This document shows positions 1 to 7,642 of a DNA stretch of 25,431 nucleotides, in pieces; position 1 is the stretch's first letter, and each line of letters starts with the position of its first letter. The notes under the pieces are model-generated. The model was given only the letters and a program-made list of their open reading frames with translations, had not been told where the DNA came from and did no database searches. Origin of the DNA: Aquificaceae bacterium (GTDB lineage Bacteria > Aquificota > Aquificia > Aquificales > Aquificaceae); NCBI GenBank assembly GCA_039630345.1, contig JBCNVD010000007.1, positions 1 through 25,431 on the forward strand, given 5' to 3'. A program made the translations under genes and the position numbers.

Positions 1-1109
1 CTTATCTGTATGATGTGCTGTATAACAAGGTCTATGGCTATCCGACTTTTAGAGAATACCTTACTGCCTTAGGAATAGATGTTCGTAAAGATTACAGGCT
101 GGAAGTTGATACAGGGAAGGTAGCACCTTACCATGTAAACAGAGACCATCCACTTGCCATGCCTTTGTATAAAGGAGAAGACCTGAGGAATTTCAGAGGT
201 CTTGCGGATGAACCTGCGGGCGTAAAAGACAGACCACCTTATGTAGCTTATGACCAAGAAAAGCCTTTAAAAGGGGAAAATAAGAGGCTACTTGAGTTTT
301 GGGAAGTGAATGAAAGACTTTGGGGAATTGCTTTTAATAGAATTCCTGTTTTCCTAAACCATCCAAGAAATATAAGAGGAGCATGTGTTTACAGAGACAG
401 TCAAAGCAAAATAGCTTTCACCGATAAGGTCTGGGTCATAGAGTTCAAAGATGAAGACACAGCCAAAAGCGTAGCCTGTCTGATGTTCTCTCTTCCTTTC
501 TCCTTTTTCTTTAACCTTGTAAACTCAAACATGGATGTAAGCAAAGAAATACTTCTCACCATCCGTGTCCCTGAAGGGCTAAGAATATCACCTAACTACT
601 ACAACAGGCTTATGACCCTGAGCCAGAGGTTCAAAGACACTTTTGGCATAGAAGATATCACAGAGCATCTTGACCTTTTGTGGTATGAGCTGAAAGAAGG
701 GCTTGACTTTAACAAGCTTGCACGCTGGGACACCTTACTTAAAGGTATGAATACCATAAGCCTTGAAGACTATCTGTTTAGATACGGACAAAGACTATCG
801 CAACTTAGAGGAGAAAAGGTAGGAGCTTACTTAAAAAGCTGGACTTTTGACACAGAAAGCGCAAAGAAAGTAATAGACCTTTTTGTCCGCAAGTTTGAAG
901 ATGAGAGGTATACGGCTATCAAAGACAAAAGGATTATGCCTGAAGACCCTGATGCTTTCCTAAAGCAATATCACGAACTTGAAAAGGCGTTTTCCTCTTT
1001 GCTGACTGAGTGGAAAAACACACTTAGAGAGCTTGACCTTGAGGTCATAAAGGCTTACGGGCTCGAAGGCATACAGCCAGAGGATTTGGTAATACCGCTA
1101 ATTAAGTAA
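1..1109 (+). CDS. Partial (5'-truncated) C-terminal target-recognition region of a type IIG/Eco57I-like or PglX-like DNA methyltransferase / restriction-modification enzyme
   Basis: The frame is open back to the window edge (codons at 3-14 = YLYD). 'PLYKGEDLRNF', 'ACLMFSLPFSFFFNLVNSNMDVSKEILLTIRVP' and terminal 'ELDLEVIKAYGL' resemble TaqI_C-like specificity domains and the final helix of type IIG/PglX enzymes. No catalytic motifs lie inside the window. Confidence 0.6.
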   Translation, partial: YLYDVLYNKVYGYPTFREYLTALGIDVRKDYRLEVDTGKVAPYHVNRDHPLAMPLYKGEDLRNFRGLADEPAGVKDRPPYVAYDQEKPLKGENKRLLEFWEVNERLWGIAFNRIPVFLNHPRNIRGACVYRDSQSKIAFTDKVWVIEFKDEDTAKSVACLMFSLPFSFFFNLVNSNMDVSKEILLTIRVPEGLRISPNYYNRLMTLSQRFKDTFGIEDITEHLDLLWYELKEGLDFNKLARWDTLLKGMNTISLEDYLFRYGQRLSQLRGEKVGAYLKSWTFDTESAKKVIDLFVRKFEDERYTAIKDKRIMPEDPDAFLKQYHELEKAFSSLLTEWKNTLRELDLEVIKAYGLEGIQPEDLVIPLIK

Positions 1110-1151
1110 CATCATGATCTTTAGAGATCATAAGCCCTCTCCATCCTGAAA

Positions 1152-1610
1152 ATGCCCCAGATATCAGTAATCGGCTCTTCAAACGCCAAAGAGGAAGAGC
1201 TTGAGTTTGCCTTCAATCTTGGCAGGTTAATCGCAAGAGAGGGCTATACTCTCATTTGCGGAGGCAGAGGAGGGGTTATGGAAGCTGTTTGCAAAGGCTG
1301 TTTTATTGAAGGCGGAATAACTGTTGGCATACTGCCGGATTATGAAGCTTTTGATGCAAACAGGTATTTGAAAGTGGTTGTCAAAACCGGTCTTGGCTGG
1401 GCCAGAAACGCCCTTGTTGTTGCAAGCGGTGATGTGGTCGTTGCAATCGGCGGAAGCTACGGCACTCTTTCAGAAATAGCCTATGCTTTTATTCTTAAAA
1501 AGCCTATAATTGGCTACAAAACCCACAATGTCGATGGGCTTTTGCAGGCACAAAATCTTGAACAGGTAATGGATTTTATAAAAGCCAAAGTTGAAAATCT
1601 AAGCAGTTGA
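1152..1610 (+). CDS. TIGR00725 family / LOG-SLOG superfamily Rossmann-fold protein
   Basis: Motifs 'ISVIGSS', 'CGGRGGVMEA', 'TVGILP', 'ARNALVV', 'GGSYGTLSEI'. Confidence 0.85.
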   Translation: MPQISVIGSSNAKEEELEFAFNLGRLIAREGYTLICGGRGGVMEAVCKGCFIEGGITVGILPDYEAFDANRYLKVVVKTGLGWARNALVVASGDVVVAIGGSYGTLSEIAYAFILKKPIIGYKTHNVDGLLQAQNLEQVMDFIKAKVENLSS

Positions 1611-1625
1611 GATAAATTTTCATCA

Positions 1626-1964
1626 ATGGATCATAGCGTTAACTTTTTAGAGGCACTGCTTTTCAAAACCCAGTCAAAAGAGATAAATCAGCGTTTTGAA
1701 GAGCTCGTTCAATCCTGCCCGGATGATGTGGAAATTCTCAATATAGCCTCTAGCATAAAAGGTCTAAGCGACTTTGTCCTTGGCGCTATTGAAAGTGGCT
1801 CAATAAGCCAGGAACTCTACGATAGTCTCTATCAGGCTCTTAAGGATTTAAGCGCAACCTTATATGACCTTACGATAGCAGAGGGCGAACAGCTAAAGTA
1901 TGTAATCTCCCGCGCTTATGCCAAATTAAACAGCGCAAACTCCATAGTCGAAAAGCTAAGCTAA
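1626..1964 (+). CDS. Hypothetical all-alpha-helical protein (112 aa)
   Basis: Clean ORF filling the gap, amphipathic helical pattern, and TAAATT at 1613-1618, 7 nt before the ATG. Confidence 0.7.
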   Translation: MDHSVNFLEALLFKTQSKEINQRFEELVQSCPDDVEILNIASSIKGLSDFVLGAIESGSISQELYDSLYQALKDLSATLYDLTIAEGEQLKYVISRAYAKLNSANSIVEKLS

Positions 1965-3076
1965 ATTTCCAGTATTTCGTATTCAATAAGTCCACCCAAA
2001 GGGCTTTCAAACACAAGCTTAGAGCCTTCTCTTCTCTTTAAATAATCTGGCGAAAGCGTTACTTTGCCTTTACCCTCTGGCAAGTCAATGGCATAATGAG
2101 GAATGCCCATCCCCGGCAGCTTCCCTCTTAAAAACCTCATAATCTCAAGTCCCTTCTCCACGCTGGTTCTAAAATGGATTGCGCCCTTAATTGGGTCACA
2201 GTGAAATAAATAAATAGGTCTTACTTTAATCCTGAGAAGAGCTCTAAAGAGCTCAAGCATAACTTCGGGTCTGTCGTTAACACCTTTAAGCAGAACCGTC
2301 TGGTTATTAACGGGAATTCCCGCCCTTAAGAGCTTCTCAACTGCCATCGCGCTTAGCTCTGTAATTTCATTTGGGTGGTTAAAGTGTGTGTTTATCCATA
2401 TAGGTGAGTATCTTTCAAGAAGATCAAGAACTTCTCTATCAAAAAACCTCTGAGGGCAAAGAACCAAAAGCCTTGTGCCAAACCTTATGGTCTGTATGTG
2501 TTTGATCTCTCTGAGAGATTTTAAAAGATACTCAAGCTTTTCAAGCCCGACAGATAGAGGCTCTCCACCTGAGATTAAAACATCCCTTATGGATTCGTGT
2601 TTTTTGATGTAACTTAGCCAGCTATTAATCTCCTCTTTTGTTTTTGAAGCCTCTCCCCCTGCAAAGATGCGCTTTCTCATGCAATGCCTGCAGTAAACTG
2701 CGCAAAAACTCGTTAAATTCAATAAAACCCTGTCAGGATATCTGTGAGTAAGCCCTGAAATCTCACTCTCTTCGCGAAAAGGATTCTCCTCACCAAGGTT
2801 TTGACACTCAGATACTTCTATATCTCTCGGAATTGCCTGAAGTCTTACAGGATCATTTACATCTTCAGGGTCTATAAGCGAAAGGTAATATGGCGTTATG
2901 GCCATCGGATATAGCCCCTTGGTTAATCTAATACCCCTTAGCTCCTCGTTGGTTAAATTTATGTATCTGGATAGCTCTTCCTGGGTTTTGATTCTATTTT
3001 GAATTTGCCAGCTGTAGCTAAGCCAGAGCTCTCTTGGAACGCCCTTAAAAGCCCCCCTTTCAAACAAATTAGGCAT
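1961..3076 (-). CDS. kamA: KamA-family radical SAM protein, probable L-lysine 2,3-aminomutase
   Basis: 'HRYPDRVLL', radical SAM motif 'CAVYCRHCMR', 'ISGGEPL', 'THFNHPNE', 'NQTVLLKGVND', and PLP-lysine motif 'AIDLPEGKGK'. Confidence 0.85.
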   Translation of the reverse strand: MPNLFERGAFKGVPRELWLSYSWQIQNRIKTQEELSRYINLTNEELRGIRLTKGLYPMAITPYYLSLIDPEDVNDPVRLQAIPRDIEVSECQNLGEENPFREESEISGLTHRYPDRVLLNLTSFCAVYCRHCMRKRIFAGGEASKTKEEINSWLSYIKKHESIRDVLISGGEPLSVGLEKLEYLLKSLREIKHIQTIRFGTRLLVLCPQRFFDREVLDLLERYSPIWINTHFNHPNEITELSAMAVEKLLRAGIPVNNQTVLLKGVNDRPEVMLELFRALLRIKVRPIYLFHCDPIKGAIHFRTSVEKGLEIMRFLRGKLPGMGIPHYAIDLPEGKGKVTLSPDYLKRREGSKLVFESPLGGLIEYEILEI

Positions 3077-3947
3077 GGCTTAGTGGCATCTCTGAGTTTA
3101 GATTCTGCACTATCTGCAAAGTCGCGCTTGAGCGATTTAGAGTGTAAAAGTGAAGCCCTTTTACCCCGGCTCTTAAGAGCTCCAGACACTGCTCTGTAGT
3201 TAGCTCAACGCTCTTTTTTATAAACTCTTCTTGATTATCCTGATAAGGCTCAAGAGCTCTTATGTATCTATCAGGAACCGTGGCATTGCACATTTTTGCA
3301 AACTTCTCAACCTGTTTTAAGTTTGTAATTGGCATAATCCCTGGCAAAACGGGAATATCTATCCCTTCGCGATAGAGCATTTCCATAAAGTTAAAAAAGT
3401 AAACATTTTCAAAAAACATCTGCGTTATTGCAAAGTCCGCACCGGCCTTTACTTTCTGGATAAAGTTTTTAACATCTTCCTCAAGACTCTTTGCCTCTAT
3501 ATGCCCTTCGGGATAGGCGGCAACTGCTATGCAAAACCTATCTCCAAAGTTTTCTCTTATTGCCCTTACCATCTCTAAAGCGTATTTGCAACCTCTTTGA
3601 AAACTATTTTCTTTCGGTAAATCACCGCGAAGCGCAAGCAAATTTTCAATCCCCATAAGCTCGTATTCTCTAACTATAGAAATTAACTCCTCTTTGCTAT
3701 GCGCAATACAGGTAAGATGAACCATCACAGTCATATTTAGCTCTCTGTGGATATACTTGACAACCTCCCTAGTTTTTTCTCTCGTAGAGCCCCCGGCGCC
3801 ATAGGTTACCGAAACAAATGTAGGCTTTAGCGTCCTGACTCTTTCCAGGGTCTTTAAAAGCTCCTGTCTTCCCCCCTCATCCTTTGGCGGAAAAAACTCA
3901 AAAGATAAACTAAAGCCCTTTTTAAAAATCTGCTCAATTATTTTCAA
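3069..3947 (-). CDS. metF: 5,10-methylenetetrahydrofolate reductase
   Basis: 'SFEFFPPK', 'SVTYGAGGS', 'HLTC', 'LALRGD', 'AAYPEGH', 'ITQMFF', 'LHFYTLNR'. TTG start with GGAGG upstream. Confidence 0.95.
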   Translation of the reverse strand: MKIIEQIFKKGFSLSFEFFPPKDEGGRQELLKTLERVRTLKPTFVSVTYGAGGSTREKTREVVKYIHRELNMTVMVHLTCIAHSKEELISIVREYELMGIENLLALRGDLPKENSFQRGCKYALEMVRAIRENFGDRFCIAVAAYPEGHIEAKSLEEDVKNFIQKVKAGADFAITQMFFENVYFFNFMEMLYREGIDIPVLPGIMPITNLKQVEKFAKMCNATVPDRYIRALEPYQDNQEEFIKKSVELTTEQCLELLRAGVKGLHFYTLNRSSATLQIVQNLNSEMPLSHA

Positions 3948-4257
3948 TCAAAGCCTCCAGAAGCTTCAAAATCCTTATCTTACAAGGAATAGGCGAATGA
4001 ATATATACCAAAAGCGCCCTCTCAAGACTCTTTATGTCCTTTCTGTTTTCTCTGGCAAAATCAAAAACTCTACTAAGCACGCTCTCAATGCCAAGACTCT
4101 TTTCTTTATCTAAGAGTATATCATCTAGGCGCGCGCCATCTTCGATGGCGCGCAAACACTTTATAACTTTGCTTATAAGCTCGTCTTTGCTTGTGCCCCA
4201 GCGAAGGTCAGTGAAGCTAATACATATATGGTGGAGCTCCCTCAGGAGCTCTTGCAT
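3934..4257 (-). CDS. Hypothetical protein (107 aa)
   Basis: Coupled to the GYD gene by a TAATG overlap and overlaps the metF start by 14 bp. No recognisable motif. Confidence 0.7.
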   Translation of the reverse strand: MQELLRELHHICISFTDLRWGTSKDELISKVIKCLRAIEDGARLDDILLDKEKSLGIESVLSRVFDFARENRKDIKSLERALLVYIHSPIPCKIRILKLLEALIENN

Positions 4258-4547
4258 TATTTAGAAAGAGTAGCAATTAACTGGTCTACCTCGACAGCTG
4301 GCATGGTCAGGGTTTTGATAGTTCCTCTTGAGCCAAGCTCTATTGCCATTTTCATCACAGATTCGTTATCCGGTGCTTCAAGGATGTTGACAAAGTCGTA
4401 TGGTCCCATCAGCGCATACTGCGCCAGAACTTTGACGCCAAACTTTTCAAGAACTTCCTGGTCAACCTCTTTGATGCGCTGTGGCTTGTCTTTTACGGTC
4501 TTTAACCCTTCATCTGTAAGGGTCGTTAGCATAACATACTTTGGCAT
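4257..4547 (-). CDS. GYD domain-containing protein
   Basis: 'MPKYVMLTTLTDEG', 'YALMGPYDFVNILEAPD', 'GTIKTLTMPA'. Strong Shine-Dalgarno AGGAGGTG upstream. Confidence 0.85.
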   Translation of the reverse strand: MPKYVMLTTLTDEGLKTVKDKPQRIKEVDQEVLEKFGVKVLAQYALMGPYDFVNILEAPDNESVMKMAIELGSRGTIKTLTMPAVEVDQLIATLSK

Positions 4548-4551
4548 CTTC

Positions 4552-7500
4552 TCACCTCCTTGCTGGTATTATTTTACCTCTTGCACTGAGTCCAAGACCA
4601 AGTTTGTCAAAAGCCTCGTAAACTACTGGCAATAAAAACAAGCTCAGGGGCAAACCACTTATCAAACCGCCAATAACCGCAAGGGCAAGTGGCTTTCTAA
4701 GTTCCGCCCCTGCGGTAATTCCAAGAGCAACAGGCATAAGGGCAGAAACCACAGTCAGGGTCGTCATGAGGATGGGTCTTAACCTCTCTCTTCTTGCTTT
4801 CAAAATCGCTTCTCTTGTTTCAACTCCTTCTTCTCTTAGCTGGATGATGCGCTCTATAAACAAAACCGCGTCTCTTACAATTATGCCGGTTAGCAAAATT
4901 ATGCCAAAGTAAGATGGGATACTCAGAGAAGTGCCTGTTAGAGATAAAAGTCCAAAAGTGCCAGCAACCGCAGTTGGAACCATCAAAAGCACGGTAAAGG
5001 GATGTCTAAGACTTTCAAAAAGCGATGCCAGAACCATAAATATTCCAAGCAAAGCAAGCAAAAGGGCAGTGCCAAGACCCTGAAAAGCTCTTTTAAACTC
5101 CTTTGCCTGACCTACGGGCTCAAAAGAATACCCGGGAGGTAGATTTTTCAAAAACCACTCTTCTAACTCTCTTGAGGCAGTTGCTAGATCTTTCTTTCCA
5201 GTTAAATTTGCAAAGAAAGTAAAAGCATAGGTTCTATTGTATCTATCTATTGCCTTATAACCTGTGGCTATCGTGATATTTACAACCTCTGATAGTGGAA
5301 TTAAGTCTCCTTTTGAGTTTTTAACAAACACTTTTTTTAGGTTTTCTTCGTTTTTGATAAAGTTTTCGTCAGCTTTAATATAAAGCTCATAGCTCTCTGC
5401 CCCGAGCTCGTATGTTGCTATCCTTAGCTTTCCAAAAAGCGCGCTTAAAGTGTCCGCTACCTCTCTTGAGCTTACCCCCAGGTCGGCCATCTTTTGCCTA
5501 TCAACTCTTAGCTGAACCTGGGGTTCGTTGAGTCTAAGGCTTGTATCTACATCTCTGTAGCCTTCTCTCTGACGAAATTCAGAGGTTAGATTGTCCGCTA
5601 TTTGCTGAAGCTCTTCAAGCGACGGACCTTTAATAGAAAACTGCAAATCAACCTGCCTGCCGCCCGCAGGACCTATTATCCCCGGAGACTCTATGCTGAC
5701 TCTGGCGTCTTTTATCTTCCTTAGCTCTTTTCTTAGCTCTTCCGCAATCTTTGCCTGACTTGGTCTTTTGGTGTTTTTTAAATAAACAAAGCCAAGACCG
5801 CCGTTGACATCGGGGCGACCCGCAACGCCCTGACCTACCGCAAACCCAAACCTATCGACATAAGGGTGTTTAAGCACTATTTTTTCAATCTCACTTGCTT
5901 TTTGCCTTGTAAATTCAAACGACGAGCCAACGGGCGTTTCAAATCTTACTAAAAACCTGCCTTCGTCAACTTGAGGGAAGAACTCTTTCTTGGTGTGGTT
6001 TTTAAAAAGATAAAACCCGGCAAAGACGCTCAGGATGCTTACTAAGGCTATGATAATTTTGTGGTCAAGTCCCCACTTTAAAATGGCGTCAAACCTCTCT
6101 TCAAAGCGTTCATAAGCTCTAACAAAGACATTCTCTTTTGGAATTTGCTTTAAAAGCCTTGCACTCGCCATGGGGGTAAAGCTAATTGCAACCACATAAG
6201 ATATCGCTATGGCTATTGCAATTGTCAGGGCAAAGTTTGAAAAGAGCTTCCCAACGACCCCTTTTAGGAATATTAGAGGCGCAAAAACTATCAAAAGCGA
6301 GGCAGTTGATGCAAGAAGCGCAAAAATGACTGTGTTTGTCCCTATCTCCCCTGCTTGCATATACGAGAGTCCTTCCTGTCTTCGCCTGAAGATGCTTTCC
6401 ATAACGACTATCGCATCATCTATGACTATTCCAACCGCCACTGCCATCCCAAGGAGCGTAAAGGTGTTCAAAGACCCGCCCAGTTGATAGATAAAAAACA
6501 CGGTCCCAAAGAGAGCTATGGGTATTGCAAATATCGGCACAAGAGTCAGCCTCAAAGACCCAAGGAAGAAATAGACCACTATGGCAGTTAGCAAGCTGCC
6601 AAGGATGATTTCCTCTATTGCGGCTTTTACGCTATCTTTGACGAAAATAGAAGAGTCGAATGTAAAGTCCATTCTCATGCCCGAAGGTAATTGTCTGTTT
6701 AGCTCCTGCATGCGCCTTTTTACTTCGTCAACTACTCTAACTGTGTTTGCCTTTGATTCTTTGTAAACGAGTAAAACAACCGCCTGCTCGCCGTTGTATC
6801 TTGCCTCGCCTCTATACTCATCCTGAGTAAAGACCACATTTGCGACATCTTTTATAAAGAGATTGTCCCTTATTGGAATTTGCTCTAAAGACTTTGAATC
6901 TTCTGCTTTTGCGTATAACCTGATGATGTATTCTCTGTCCTGACCGTATATTGCCCCTGCGGGGGCTTCGATATGGTTTCTCTCTATGGCGTTAACCACA
7001 TCGCTTACAGAAAGACCTCTAGAGTAGAGCTTCTCAGGGTCTAATCTGACCCACATTGCATTGTCGCGAAAGCCTCCAAGGTCAACCTGCCCAACGCCTT
7101 CTACTCTCTCAAACTCTCTCTTTACTACCTTGTCAGCCCAGTAAGCCAGCGTTTCATAATCATGAGTTCTTGAGTGCAAAAGAGTTACAAAAACAGGCGC
7201 AAGCGAAGTATCTAACTTTCTAACAACTGGAGCGTCGACTTCTTCTGGTAAAACTCTCTGGACTCTTTGCACTGCGTCTCTTACTTCCTGCGCAGCTACA
7301 TTGATATCTTTTTCAAGTGAAAAGGAAATAACTATCCTTGAAACGCCAGCAAAACTCGTTGAAGATATGCTCTCTATTCCCCCAATCGTTGCTATCTGGT
7401 CTTCTATTCTTCTGGTGACATTAACATCAACGACATAAGCGTTGGCTCCGGGATAGAATGTAGTTATAGTTATCGTCGGAAAATCAACATCCGGCAATCT

Positions 7501-7599
7501 GTCTATAGCTATGTTTCTGAGAGAATAAAGCCCAAGAAGGACAAAAGAAAGCATAAACATCCATGTAGTAACCGGTCTTCTAAGGAAAAAGGAAGACAT
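4552..7599 (-). CDS. RND efflux transporter, AcrB/AcrD/AcrF family
   Basis: 1015 aa with 'FLRRPV', 'PDVDFP', TM4 'GIVIDDAIVVMESI', and 'RLRPILMTT'. Confidence 0.95.
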   Translation of the reverse strand: MSSFFLRRPVTTWMFMLSFVLLGLYSLRNIAIDRLPDVDFPTITITTFYPGANAYVVDVNVTRRIEDQIATIGGIESISSTSFAGVSRIVISFSLEKDINVAAQEVRDAVQRVQRVLPEEVDAPVVRKLDTSLAPVFVTLLHSRTHDYETLAYWADKVVKREFERVEGVGQVDLGGFRDNAMWVRLDPEKLYSRGLSVSDVVNAIERNHIEAPAGAIYGQDREYIIRLYAKAEDSKSLEQIPIRDNLFIKDVANVVFTQDEYRGEARYNGEQAVVLLVYKESKANTVRVVDEVKRRMQELNRQLPSGMRMDFTFDSSIFVKDSVKAAIEEIILGSLLTAIVVYFFLGSLRLTLVPIFAIPIALFGTVFFIYQLGGSLNTFTLLGMAVAVGIVIDDAIVVMESIFRRRQEGLSYMQAGEIGTNTVIFALLASTASLLIVFAPLIFLKGVVGKLFSNFALTIAIAIAISYVVAISFTPMASARLLKQIPKENVFVRAYERFEERFDAILKWGLDHKIIIALVSILSVFAGFYLFKNHTKKEFFPQVDEGRFLVRFETPVGSSFEFTRQKASEIEKIVLKHPYVDRFGFAVGQGVAGRPDVNGGLGFVYLKNTKRPSQAKIAEELRKELRKIKDARVSIESPGIIGPAGGRQVDLQFSIKGPSLEELQQIADNLTSEFRQREGYRDVDTSLRLNEPQVQLRVDRQKMADLGVSSREVADTLSALFGKLRIATYELGAESYELYIKADENFIKNEENLKKVFVKNSKGDLIPLSEVVNITIATGYKAIDRYNRTYAFTFFANLTGKKDLATASRELEEWFLKNLPPGYSFEPVGQAKEFKRAFQGLGTALLLALLGIFMVLASLFESLRHPFTVLLMVPTAVAGTFGLLSLTGTSLSIPSYFGIILLTGIIVRDAVLFIERIIQLREEGVETREAILKARRERLRPILMTTLTVVSALMPVALGITAGAELRKPLALAVIGGLISGLPLSLFLLPVVYEAFDKLGLGLSARGKIIPARR
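4571..4576 (-). promoter_or_regulatory. Possible internal -10 box (TAAAAT) for the GYD-hypothetical-metF-kamA run
   Basis: TAAAAT on the minus strand in the last codons of the RND gene, about 23 nt before the GYD ATG and upstream of its Shine-Dalgarno site. Confidence 0.35.
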
Positions 7600-7607
7600 A
7601 ATCGTGA

Positions 7608-7613
7608 ATTATA
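7608..7613 (-). promoter_or_regulatory. -10 box (TATAAT) of the RND gene
   Basis: The minus strand reads TATAAT-tcacgatt-ATG (8-nt spacer, no Shine-Dalgarno). Confidence 0.65.
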
Positions 7614-7625
7614 AACCCCTTGCTG

Positions 7626-7631
7626 TATAAT
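7626..7631 (+). promoter_or_regulatory. -10 box (TATAAT) of the adaptor-TolC operon
   Basis: Perfect TATAAT 11 nt before the ATG at 7643, with no Shine-Dalgarno in between. Confidence 0.6.
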
Positions 7632-7642
7632 CCTAAAAGCAC

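Noticed and set aside
4034..4635. Plus-strand ORFs of 76 and 135 aa
   Set aside because: They are antisense shadows of the better-supported GYD and hypothetical genes, with no motifs.
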